Shown in pieces: positions 30,322 through 39,194 of a stretch of 64,000 nt of DNA (positions are counted from its first letter, which is position 1; every line of letters begins with the position of its first letter). A program made the position numbers and the translations under genes. The notes under the pieces were generated by a model. It was not told the origin of the DNA, made no database searches, and saw nothing but the letters and a program-made list of their open reading frames with translations. The stretch lies in the NCBI GenBank assembly GCA_000092065.1, contig CP000585.1, one strand, 5' to 3'. The stretch comes from Ostreococcus lucimarinus. Taxonomy: Eukaryota.

Positions 30322-32889
30322 CTAGTCGGCGCGGATGAACACGGGGAGGACGTCGAGCGGGGCGTCGACGACGACGCGGCGACCGCCGGCGACGGCGTTC
30401 GATTCGTCGTATCGCCGCCAAGACCCGGCGGGGAGGTAAACCGTGCGCGATGTCGCACCTTTTTCGACCACAGGGGCGACGATCATGTCGGTACCGACGG
30501 CAAACTGGTCGTCGATGGCGAACGTTTGGGCGTCGTTGGGGTCGAGCCACCACATTGGACGACAGATGGGTTCGAGGGAGGCTTTGGCGTCCTCCGCGAG
30601 CGCGGCGAGCTTGGGTAAGAGCAGCCGTTCGCGCATGTGCATCACCTTGACACTCGCCTCGTACGCCACTGAGCTCACTTCCCACGGTGGAATCGACCAT
30701 TGCACCGCGGGCATGAACGCGCTGACTTGCGCCCAGCGAATCATCAACTCGGTATCGGGCGTTTGATTCCAATACGCGTTGCCGCCGATGATGTCCGGAA
30801 GCGTGAACGGGAACCCGATAACTGCGGACGTGAGTAAGCTCGGAATGAGACTCTGTAGACCGTTATCGACGCCCCACACGGTATCTTTATCGCCCATGCG
30901 AATTAAGCCGTTGTAATTGTTCGTTCCCATCGCCACGCGCACTTCGCTCAAGGCAAATTTAGAACAAACTTTTTCCACGTATGCCTGACTGTACTCTTGT
31001 GGATGTTTCAGGGGCGTGTGCGGGCGGGCGCCGTAAGGCATGAAACAAGGCTCGCCGGCGTCAAACTTGAAACCGTCGAGTCCGACTTCTTCTTGCAGTT
31101 TCTTGAGTCGACGCACGAACCATTCGCACGCCTCGTCATTGGTGAAATCGATGCCGCGGACGGGCTGCGTGCCCCACCATCGGAACTGTCCAGGCTCAAG
31201 GTTGCCCCCACCACCGCCGCCTTCCCAGTGACCGGGTGGCCAGTCGTAGCGATCGACGAACACTTTCACAGTAGTCCCGAGGACTTGACCGACGCCTCCC
31301 GTGAGCACCTCGACGACTTCGTTCGGCGGTTGCGAGCCTTCAAGTAAGTACCCTAATCGCTTTGCCTCCTCGCACGCCGCTGAACTCTCTTGCAAGAACG
31401 GCATCACCCACGCCGTTACTAAAAATCCCATGTCGTGAAGCTCCTTGATCATGCCTTTCGGATCCGGAAACTTCACGGGATCGAAATGAAGTTCGCCATA
31501 TCGCGCTTGCCAGCGGTCGTCGATTTCGATGATCGAACCGTTCGGTAATCCCGAGTCAGATTTGGCTTTTGCGATGTCCTTAGCTACTGCAAGTGTTGAC
31601 TCTTGCGTGACATCAGCGTGCGACGTCGCCCAAGTCGTCCAGATTGGATAGAACATCAGAGACTTGTCCGGCGCGGCGCTCGGCTTTGGAAGCTGCGCCA
31701 AGGCGACTCTCGTCGCGCTCCTCGCGTCTTCCTGCGCAGATACGGCGACGCGTAGCTGCAAGCGCGTTCGCGCGTCATTCGTATTGATGCTTTGCCACGG
31801 ATGCAACATGTTCGCGTCCGCGTAATTCGCCCGTGATTGCAATCGAAGTAGTCCGTCGCCGCGTTCCGACGTCAGAGCCTCTTCCAGCGGCAACGACGGC
31901 CGGGAAGCGTTTTGAATACCGACACCGAAATACCGCGGCGCTTGACCTCGCGGGACGAATGCCGGTGCGTTCAAGCCGACGTGTAATAAATCACTATTTG
32001 GATCGGCGAATATCAACGTCCCACCGCTCGACACCCAGTGAGTGCCGAGAACGTTGCCGACGCCGTTCGGACCGTGGTCGAACGGGTAAAACGGTCCCAT
32101 TTCGATTTTCGCTCGCTCGAGCGGCCAGAGCTGCTTCAGCAAATGCGACCCACCGTACCAGTGGTCTTCGTCCGCTCCATCGCACAGCTTCACCGTCAAC
32201 TCCGCCGCTCCCGAATCCTCCATCGGCGCGCTCACCTCGAGCAATAACCCGTCCGCGATGTTTCGACACCACGCGTCGCTCTCCCCATCCGCATCGTTCG
32301 TTTTCCTCACCCGGAGCACCGTTCCATCGCTCCACAGCGCTGTCAACTCCCCCTCGTCCTCTTTCGCGTCGATTCGAATAACCTTAACCCCGTCTCCGGT
32401 CGCCGTCGTCCCTCGTCCGAGCGGCACCGCCAACGTCTGCGCCCGCGTCTCTCTCGTCCCGTCCACCCTCCACAGCAGCATCGTCCCATTTTCCCGCACG
32501 TCCAGCGCGCTCGCGCCGCTTCGCACGCGCCACGTTCTTCCGACGTACGCCTTCGCGTCATCGATCGCCAGCGTCGTCGTCCCGACGTCGTCTCGTCGCG
32601 GCGCCGCCGCGTCGCGCGCGCGATTCGTCCCCGCCACCACCGCCCCGCTCGCGATCGCCGCTCGCACGATCTCCGACCTCGACACGCTTCCCGACGCGAC
32701 GCCGCTCGCGTCGTCGTCTCCGCCGGCGTCCTCGTCCGTCGCCCGCGCCGTCGTCGTCGTCGTCGTCGTCGTCGAGTTTCGTTCCGGCCGCCACCCGCGG
32801 TGTCGACACCGCGCGCGCGGCGCCCGCGCGCGCGCGCGCGCGACGCCCGCGCGCGGTCGCGCGACCGACGACGCGCGCGCGCGCGCCAT
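30322..32889 (-). CDS. Glycoside hydrolase family 31-like protein (MYORG/KIAA1161-type alpha-glycosidase)
   Basis: There is a true ATG at 32889 (CCATGG palindrome). The core is IEIDDRWQARYGELHFDPVKFPDPKGMIKELHDMGFLVTAWVMPFL...GIDFTNDEACEWF...GLDGFKFDAGE...AYVEK..., the GH31 (beta/alpha)8 block pattern (IDD.W...yG...FD...FPdP...i..LH..G.....W..P). The N-terminus has a poly-Thr run. Confidence 0.65.
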   Translation of the reverse strand: MARARASSVARPRAGVARARARAPRARCRHRGWRPERNSTTTTTTTTARATDEDAGGDDDASGVASGSVSRSEIVRAAIASGAVVAGTNRARDAAAPRRDDVGTTTLAIDDAKAYVGRTWRVRSGASALDVRENGTMLLWRVDGTRETRAQTLAVPLGRGTTATGDGVKVIRIDAKEDEGELTALWSDGTVLRVRKTNDADGESDAWCRNIADGLLLEVSAPMEDSGAAELTVKLCDGADEDHWYGGSHLLKQLWPLERAKIEMGPFYPFDHGPNGVGNVLGTHWVSSGGTLIFADPNSDLLHVGLNAPAFVPRGQAPRYFGVGIQNASRPSLPLEEALTSERGDGLLRLQSRANYADANMLHPWQSINTNDARTRLQLRVAVSAQEDARSATRVALAQLPKPSAAPDKSLMFYPIWTTWATSHADVTQESTLAVAKDIAKAKSDSGLPNGSIIEIDDRWQARYGELHFDPVKFPDPKGMIKELHDMGFLVTAWVMPFLQESSAACEEAKRLGYLLEGSQPPNEVVEVLTGGVGQVLGTTVKVFVDRYDWPPGHWEGGGGGGNLEPGQFRWWGTQPVRGIDFTNDEACEWFVRRLKKLQEEVGLDGFKFDAGEPCFMPYGARPHTPLKHPQEYSQAYVEKVCSKFALSEVRVAMGTNNYNGLIRMGDKDTVWGVDNGLQSLIPSLLTSAVIGFPFTLPDIIGGNAYWNQTPDTELMIRWAQVSAFMPAVQWSIPPWEVSSVAYEASVKVMHMRERLLLPKLAALAEDAKASLEPICRPMWWLDPNDAQTFAIDDQFAVGTDMIVAPVVEKGATSRTVYLPAGSWRRYDESNAVAGGRRVVVDAPLDVLPVFIRAD

Positions 32890-33062
32890 GGCGCGCCGAC
32901 GTCGAGCGACCGCCGGCGACGACGCGCGGCGTCGCGGTGTCGCGACGCGTCGTCAGTCCCGCGCGCGGTGTCGACGGAACGACCGACGGACGCGCGCGCG
33001 CGCGCGCGCGAGGACGCGCGCGCGGACGCGACGACGACGACGACGACGACGCGACGATCGGC

Positions 33063-34064
33063 ATGCCGTCGTTCACGCCGTCGACGTCGGACGCCGCGGG
33101 ATGCCTGACCGCGCTCGAGGACGTGTCCCCGTCGCTCCGAGTCCTCGGCGCGATGTCCTTCGTCGTGAGCGCGCTGATCGGGGCGCCGCAGGCGTACAAG
33201 ATTTACGCGCGCAAGAGCTCGCGCGGGGTGTCGTTCTGGACGCTCGCGCTCGGGAACGTCGGTGGATTTCTGTGCGTGCTGAATCTGTACGTGCTGCACT
33301 ACGACCAGATCAAACTGAGCGGGAACGCGTTCGCGGATTTTAAGGGCTGGGCGCGCGGACAGCCGAGCCTGCTGTTCATATGGGTTGAATTGGCGAACAC
33401 GCTGTCGATGCTGATCGTGACGCCGATGGCGTACGCGTACGTGGAGGATAGCGAACACGCGTTCGCGGTGACGACGCCGCTCGGCGGCGTGGACTGGTCG
33501 ATGAAAAAGGCGGTGAGAGCGGGAGTGCTGTTGCAAATGGTGATCGTGGCGTGCGCGTGGGCGCCGGCGTTGATCGTGTTGCATCGGGCGGGGGAGTGCG
33601 CGCCGATGGCGTGGTACGGCAACGCCATCGGCGTGGTGGTGGCGATGATTATTTGCTTAAAGTTTATACCGCAGGTGAAAGAATCGTACGAAAACAAAGG
33701 CAGTGGGTCGCTGTCGTACCTGACGTACGGCGCGGATTTGTGCGGTGGGTTGGTGGCGTTCTTGCAAAAGTTGCTCGTGACGAATGAGCGCGTGTCCACG
33801 TGGCTACCACCGCTGATACTGCATTCCCTGGAGGCGTACGTGCTCGGGATGAACGCAATCAACGACAAAGCGCGCCTCGGCGCGGGCGCCGCCCGGCGAG
33901 ATCGTGACGCGGACGATGCGAACGAACCGGATGAGGAACGCGTGCAGAGCGAGCGTTTGTTGCCGCGCGCGAGTCGAGGTGCGAGCGGCGCAACGTCGCC
34001 TCGCGCCTCGTCGCCGACGCGCGCCGACGCGGCCTCGTGGTGGAAATCGGCTACTTGGTTGTAG
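33063..34064 (+). CDS. PQ-loop repeat (cystinosin/LCT family) seven-transmembrane protein
   Basis: The start is at MPSFTPSTSD (M43 of the GTG-initiated track ORF). There are two PQ motifs: LIGAPQAYKIYARKSSRGVSFWT and KFIPQVKESYENKGSGSLSYLTY. Multiple hydrophobic helices lie between them. Confidence 0.7.
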   Translation: MPSFTPSTSDAAGCLTALEDVSPSLRVLGAMSFVVSALIGAPQAYKIYARKSSRGVSFWTLALGNVGGFLCVLNLYVLHYDQIKLSGNAFADFKGWARGQPSLLFIWVELANTLSMLIVTPMAYAYVEDSEHAFAVTTPLGGVDWSMKKAVRAGVLLQMVIVACAWAPALIVLHRAGECAPMAWYGNAIGVVVAMIICLKFIPQVKESYENKGSGSLSYLTYGADLCGGLVAFLQKLLVTNERVSTWLPPLILHSLEAYVLGMNAINDKARLGAGAARRDRDADDANEPDEERVQSERLLPRASRGASGATSPRASSPTRADAASWWKSATWL

Positions 34065-34237
34065 GGCTTTCGCAAAGAATCGTTGGATATTGTTGCAAAG
34101 TGCGGAAATAATCACCTAGATCTATTGTGTAATAGAGTGTAACCTATATGATGATGGTGTGTATCGTTCGGGAAAAAGTGGTTCAGCGAAACCACTCAAT
34201 ACATGTTGTTTGGCTGTAATATTTTTGGCAAGTGAAG

Positions 34238-35638
34238 TCAGTGAAGGTACATGGCGACGACGACGGTGACGTTGTCGCTCGATCCTCGATGCATACTCGT
34301 ATCCAGAAGTTCCTGGGACGCGGCCGTACAGGCCGCTTCGATGGCTTTCTTGTCGGTCGATGTACACTTGCCTTCGCTCAAGACGCCGCGCGTGGCGAGT
34401 ATTTTGCGAGCAATGTCACCCGCCTCTTGATCTCGAATGACGTCCCACATGCCGTCAGAGGCGAGAATAATGAAATTGATATCTTCGGTGAGCTCGTAAC
34501 GCGACACGTCTGGTTCTGCGGTGACGCCAGAGTCTTTCGGTCGCTTGAAATCGATGTCCCCGAGCGAACGCGAGACGGCCAAAGCCGCTCGCACGGGTTT
34601 GTACGGATGATCCGCGATGACTCGCCAGCAGCCGCAAAATTCAATCTTGCCCCCCACTGCGGTTATTCTGCGCCGTTCATTCGACATCGACGGCTTGTGG
34701 TCTTCGGTCATGGCGCGAGTGCGTCCATCAGCGTAGCTGACGACTGCTCTAGAGTCGCCAGCATGCGCTGTGAAGAGCGCGCCGCCGATTTGCAAGACGC
34801 ACACCGCCGTGCTCCCGTCTCGCCTGCCCTCCGCGGCGGTGCTGTTGAGAATTTCGTCGTCGCAATCCATGTACATTTTCTTCAAAGACGTTTCCATATC
34901 AACGTTGAACCGCGTGAGTCTTTCCGGGCACGACGGCGACGAATCTTGTAAGAGCACGTCTGGCGCGAGAAAAGTGTGCATGCGTTCGCTTGCAAACTGC
35001 GCCGCCCAGTCACCGTTGTGACCATCGTACACGCCCAAAAACGAACGACGAACGCCATCGCAACCCGTCAACCCAAAAGGTTTCAGCTCAGTCACGGCGC
35101 TGTACCTGTCCTCCATGTACGCCCGCTGTCCTTGTTCGAAAGCCACGCCGACGACGACCTGGGCGCCCACCAAAGGAATATTCGCCTCGCCATCCGCCGT
35201 CGCCGTCGCCGCCTCGCTCACTTCATCGGACAACGGCGGACTCGCGCGCGCGGAATCTAAATCTCTCGCTCCCCCAGAACTCGTAGATTCCGATCCCATA
35301 TCGACATCCTCGCGCGCTTTCGCGCTCTCATCCGTCGTCGCGCGCGCCTTTTCGCGTCGCTCTCGTCGACTCTTCCCGTGCTTCCCCTTCCTCCGGCGTT
35401 TCTCTCGCGCCTCCCACGCCTCCGCCGCCGCGTTCGCCTCCCCCCGTCTCTTCTCCTGACCCACCGCGCGCGCTTCATTCGTCTCGCGCGCCTCCTCCTC
35501 GCTCGACGACCCCGCGCCTCGGCGTTCGCGCGTCGCCTTCGCCCCGTCCCTCGCGCCCTCATCCCTCATCACCCCCTCCCGTCCTCGTCCGGCGTCCTCC
35601 ATCGCTCCGCTTTCGCTCGCGTCCGCGCGAACCATCAT
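34238..35638 (-). CDS. Protein phosphatase 2C (PPM family)
   Basis: There is a true ATGATG at 35638. PP2C motifs run in order: RAYMEDRYS, FLGVYDGHNGDWAAQF, TAVCVLQIGGALFTAHAGDSRAV, ILASDGMWDV and GSSDNVTVVVA. Confidence 0.85.
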   Translation of the reverse strand: MMVRADASESGAMEDAGRGREGVMRDEGARDGAKATRERRGAGSSSEEEARETNEARAVGQEKRRGEANAAAEAWEAREKRRRKGKHGKSRRERREKARATTDESAKAREDVDMGSESTSSGGARDLDSARASPPLSDEVSEAATATADGEANIPLVGAQVVVGVAFEQGQRAYMEDRYSAVTELKPFGLTGCDGVRRSFLGVYDGHNGDWAAQFASERMHTFLAPDVLLQDSSPSCPERLTRFNVDMETSLKKMYMDCDDEILNSTAAEGRRDGSTAVCVLQIGGALFTAHAGDSRAVVSYADGRTRAMTEDHKPSMSNERRRITAVGGKIEFCGCWRVIADHPYKPVRAALAVSRSLGDIDFKRPKDSGVTAEPDVSRYELTEDINFIILASDGMWDVIRDQEAGDIARKILATRGVLSEGKCTSTDKKAIEAACTAASQELLDTSMHRGSSDNVTVVVAMYLH

Positions 35639-36006
35639 CGATCGTCGTCCCGCGCCGAGCGCGTCTCCCGCCGCCGCCGTCGCGACGCGCGTCGCGCGCG
35701 CGGATTCGAACGTTCACGATGCCGCGCCGCCGGTCCGCGTTCGCGCGCGTCGCGCGTCGCGCGCCGTCGCGCGTCGCGCGCGCGCGTCGAGCGTCGCGAG
35801 ACGCGCGCGCTCGAGTCGATCGCGCGCTCTTCGCGCGCGTCGCGCGTCGCGTCGCGCGTCGCGGAGCGTCGACCGGCGGCGCGCGCGCGGCGGGAAAAGC
35901 GCGCGAAGAGCGCGCGCGCGCGCGATCGGGGGTCGTATTGAAACACCCGGAAGTACTATCAACGCGCACGCCCGAGATGCGGATCACGCGCCAGCGCTGG
36001 CGGCCC

Positions 36007-36405
36007 GTGCGCGCTGTGTCCGTATAAAGACGCGCGAAGGACCCATGTGCGCGCTGTGTCCGTATAAAGACGCGCGAAGGACCCATGTGCGCGCTGTGTC
36101 CGTATAAAGACGCGCGAAGGACCCATGTGCGCGCTGTGTCCGTATAAAGACGCGCGAAGGACCCATGTGCGCGCTGTGTCCGTATAAAGACGCGCGAAGG
36201 CCCGTGTGCGCGCTGTGTCCGTATAAAGACGCGCGAAGGCCCGTGTGCGCGCTGTGTCCGTATAAAGACGCGCGAAGGACCCATGTGCGCGCTGTGTCCG
36301 TATAAAGACGCGCGAAGGCCCGTGTGCGCGCTGTGTCCGTATAAAGACGCGCGAAGGCCCGTGTGCGCGCTGTGTCCGTATAAAGACGCGCGAAGGCCCG
36401 TGTGC
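36007..36405 (+). repeat. 40-bp minisatellite, about 10 tandem copies in two variants (40-bp ...gaaggacccatgt... and 39-bp ...gaaggcccgtgt...); each copy contains TATAAAG
   Basis: Direct reading: gtgcgcgctgtgtccgtataaagacgcgcgaaggacccat repeats head-to-tail from 36007. Copies 5, 6, 8, 9 and 10 carry the ggcccgtg variant. The array ends about 60 bp before the ATG of the downstream + gene. It sits in the 826-bp divergent intergenic region between PP2C (-) and the TPR-J-GlcNAcT gene (+). Confidence 0.9.
36007..36405 (+). promoter_or_regulatory. Array of canonical TATA-box motifs (TATAAAG, + orientation) upstream of the gene starting at 36465
   Basis: Each minisatellite unit carries ccgTATAAAGacg. 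The most proximal copy is about 90 bp upstream of the ATG at 36465. Whether these function as TATA boxes is an inference. Confidence 0.4.
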
Positions 36406-36464
36406 GACGAACGTCGACCGGCGCGAGCGTTTCGCGAGCGTTTCGAACGCCAGACGACGACGCC

Positions 36465-39122
36465 ATGGCGCGCGTCGACGTCGAGCGCGCGGCGCGCGCG
36501 TCGAGCGCGCGCGAGGCGAGCGACGCGGGACGACGCGCGCTCGCGATGGGGGAACACGCGCTCGCGCGGGCGTTTTACGACGACGCGCTGGCGATGATGA
36601 CGGAAGACGCGACGGACGAGGCGAGGGACGAGCGGGAGGGGCGACGACGGCGCGCGGAGGTGATGGCGAATCAGAGCGCGTGCGCGCTGGCGGTCGAGGC
36701 GTGGGACGACGCGATGGAGCGCGCGGAGCGGGCGATCGCGTGCGATGAGGGGTACGCGAAGGCGCACGCGAGACGGGCGGCGGCGCTGCGAGGGAAGCGG
36801 GAGTACGCGCGCGCGAGGGAGAGTTTGAAGGTGTGTCGCGCGTTGCTCGCGCGGGAGGGGGAGACGAAGATGATTCGTGACGTGGACGCGATGGTGGCGG
36901 AGATAGACGCGGACGAGGCGCGAGGAGAACAAGCTGCACGCGTGGGGATGCAAGTAAAGATGGGATCGAAGGCGCAGGCGAAACCAAACTTTTCAGCGGC
37001 GACGACGAAGGCGAAGAAGGTGGTGACTTTCGATCCAAAGCTCGACATAGATTGCGACGAGGATGTGTTCGATTCGCGAGCGTCTCAACCGCCGAGTCGG
37101 CGTTCGTCGTCGAAGCCCATGCTGATGGATCTAGGCGTGTTGGCGGTGGAAAAGGCGATCGAGATGCAACGCGCCGTCGTCGAAGCTAGAGTCGAGGGAG
37201 GCTTCGAGCACAAGCGATGTAAGATGTGCGGCAACGTGTGTCACGCAAAACTCACCGCGTGTTCGTCGTGCTGCTTGCCGCTTGTATCGGTGGATTCTTA
37301 CGAGCCGGCGACTTTGCCGCGCGCGGGCGCTGAGGCGATTTACGAGAGCGATTCTGACGACGGTGAGGAGAACGCGACGACGACGAGCGCTGAGAAAGAC
37401 GCTGAGCCGTCGTATCTCGACTCTGATCCTTGGTGGGTGAGATATTACACCCGCTCGGCGCTGACCGAGCCGACGCACTCACGTGGTTTGGACCCGGCGC
37501 TTCGATCGAGTTACGCCGCGCTCGACGTTGCGCCGGGGAGCGACGAAGTCACTGTGCGCGCGGCGTTTAGAAACGCGCTCGCGCGAGCGCACCCCGACGC
37601 CGGCGGATCCGCAAAGGAGCTAGACGTGGTAGCGAGAGCTTATGACGCGATATCTCTCGACTTTTGGCGACATGATGAAGGCGCAGCGCGATTGCGTTTG
37701 CAGTCTCGAAGGCTCGCCGACGGATCGATTGAATTCTTCGACTCGGCGAATGAAGACATATTCGTCGTACTCGAAGTTTACAGAAACAGAGAAGCAGAGC
37801 ACACGTTGAAACGGTTATTCAGCGAAGCTTCCGATCCTTCGCGCGTCTACGTCGGCGTTACATGGCAATACAAGTCCACGACGCCGCCGCCCGACGCGCT
37901 CGGCGCGCGCATCGACCGCTTGCACACGAACGTCTACGTACTGACAGAGGAAATCCAAAAGCGCGCGGCGGACGTGAAAGATCCGGTAGAGCAGGAGAAA
38001 TATTTGACTAAAATGCGACGCTTGCAACTCAAAGCTCAGCGAACGGAAGACGCGGAGGAAAAGAGGTGTCACTCAGCAAGGGTGCTCGAAGCTCGTTTCC
38101 GAGATCACGTGCGAGAGACTCACATGCCGTGGGACGCTTCGGAAGGTCCATCGTACGCGCGACATTTAGCGATGCGCAAATGGGGTGGGGAAAAGTATGT
38201 TTTGCACATTGACGCCATGACGGTCGTCGACAAGGGATGGGATGAAATCTTGGTGTCTGAACTCGAACGCTGCGGCGACGACAAACGCGTACTCACGGCT
38301 GCGCCGTTAGGATACGAGCTTAAAACTCAACCGGTCGTCGAAGAAGAGACGTTCAGACAAATGTATCAGACCGACGTGTACGGCACGATCAAAGATCGGC
38401 TGCCAGCCGTGAGTGCTCTCGGTGAAATCGATCCCGCGCGCGCGCCCGCGATTACGTGCGCGCGCGAATTCGGCGAGTCGTTGTTCCGCACGCACGCCAG
38501 GCAACTCGCGGAGGTTCCGAGCGAGCCGACGCCGGCGCTCTTCTTCAACAGTAGTTTTGCGTTCGCGCGCGCCGAGGCTTTCGTCAGAGACGCCCCGCCC
38601 GACGCCCACGCGCCGTTCTTACATCTAGGGGAAGACTTGAGCGCGAGCGCGAGGCTGTACACGCGCGGCTGGAACTTGTGCACGCCCGCGCGCGTTCCCG
38701 TGTTACGCTGCTACTCGAACGCGCCGCGCGCGATGTGGATGGAAGATCACCGTTCGGGTAAAATGCTGTACGCCGACGCGCGTTTCGGCGTCGGTAACGA
38801 ATCCGACGCGGCGCGGCGAGAATTTCTCAATTTACTCTCGCGCCGGCGCGTCCTGCAGTTGGTCGCCGCCGCGGACGACAGCTCGCAGACCTCCCGGGAC
38901 GATCCCGTGCGTTTCACGCGCGCCTACGGCGCCGGGCGCGACAGATCCATCGAGTCATTCATCGAGCACATCGGCGTCGACTTCACCGCGAAACGAATCT
39001 CGACGCGCGCCGCGTGCGGCGGACACGACGGCGCGTTCGTCGCGTCTTCGAAATCGCTTCCCGCGCCGTTCGCGAGCGCTCGGACGGGCCCGAGCGAGCG
39101 CGCCGCGCGTCGGTATGTGTAA
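36465..39122 (+). CDS. Multidomain protein: N-terminal TPR-like region + central J (DnaJ) domain + C-terminal GlcNAc-transferase-like domain (Pfam 'Glycosyltransferase (GlcNAc)'/GT60-like)
   Basis: The start is at MARVDVERAAR. Residues 30-200 are Ala-rich helical repeats with TPR-like periodicity (...HALARAFYDDALAMM...YAKAHARRAAALRGKREYARARESL...). The J domain is ...YAALDVAPGSDEVTVRAAFRNALARAHPDAGGSAKELDVVARAYDAIS (HPD tripeptide). The C-terminal domain is IFVVLEVYRNREAEHTLKRLFSEASDPSRVYVGVTWQ ... GPSYARHLAMRKWGGEKYVLHIDAMTVVDKGWDEIL. This matches, from memory, the conserved blocks of the Skp1-type GlcNAc-transferase family. Confidence 0.6.
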   Translation: MARVDVERAARASSAREASDAGRRALAMGEHALARAFYDDALAMMTEDATDEARDEREGRRRRAEVMANQSACALAVEAWDDAMERAERAIACDEGYAKAHARRAAALRGKREYARARESLKVCRALLAREGETKMIRDVDAMVAEIDADEARGEQAARVGMQVKMGSKAQAKPNFSAATTKAKKVVTFDPKLDIDCDEDVFDSRASQPPSRRSSSKPMLMDLGVLAVEKAIEMQRAVVEARVEGGFEHKRCKMCGNVCHAKLTACSSCCLPLVSVDSYEPATLPRAGAEAIYESDSDDGEENATTTSAEKDAEPSYLDSDPWWVRYYTRSALTEPTHSRGLDPALRSSYAALDVAPGSDEVTVRAAFRNALARAHPDAGGSAKELDVVARAYDAISLDFWRHDEGAARLRLQSRRLADGSIEFFDSANEDIFVVLEVYRNREAEHTLKRLFSEASDPSRVYVGVTWQYKSTTPPPDALGARIDRLHTNVYVLTEEIQKRAADVKDPVEQEKYLTKMRRLQLKAQRTEDAEEKRCHSARVLEARFRDHVRETHMPWDASEGPSYARHLAMRKWGGEKYVLHIDAMTVVDKGWDEILVSELERCGDDKRVLTAAPLGYELKTQPVVEEETFRQMYQTDVYGTIKDRLPAVSALGEIDPARAPAITCAREFGESLFRTHARQLAEVPSEPTPALFFNSSFAFARAEAFVRDAPPDAHAPFLHLGEDLSASARLYTRGWNLCTPARVPVLRCYSNAPRAMWMEDHRSGKMLYADARFGVGNESDAARREFLNLLSRRRVLQLVAAADDSSQTSRDDPVRFTRAYGAGRDRSIESFIEHIGVDFTAKRISTRAACGGHDGAFVASSKSLPAPFASARTGPSERAARRYV

Positions 39123-39194
39123 AGCGCGCGTCTCCGGTCGCCAATCCATCACTGCACCGCGCGCTCGTCGATTCGCGCGCGCGCGGTCGTCGCG

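Noticed and set aside
32881-32892. Palindromic gcgCCATGGcgc at the GH31 start considered as overlapping bidirectional start codons with the PQ-loop gene
   Set aside because: The + strand ATG within the palindrome is out of frame with the PQ-loop ORF. The likely PQ-loop start is the ATG at about 33063.
36007-36405. The 40-bp repeat array considered as a CRISPR array
   Set aside because: The units are contiguous with no unique spacers. The context is a eukaryotic nuclear genome with introns, centrin and a proteasome subunit. The units contain TATAAAG. It is a minisatellite, not CRISPR.
35559-37038. Long ORFs (464 aa, 359 aa, 160 aa) running through the 40-bp minisatellite and producing repeated peptides (GPSRVFIRTQRAH...)
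   Set aside because: The periodic peptide is simply the minisatellite translated. The region is intergenic between two well-supported divergent genes and has no recognisable domain.
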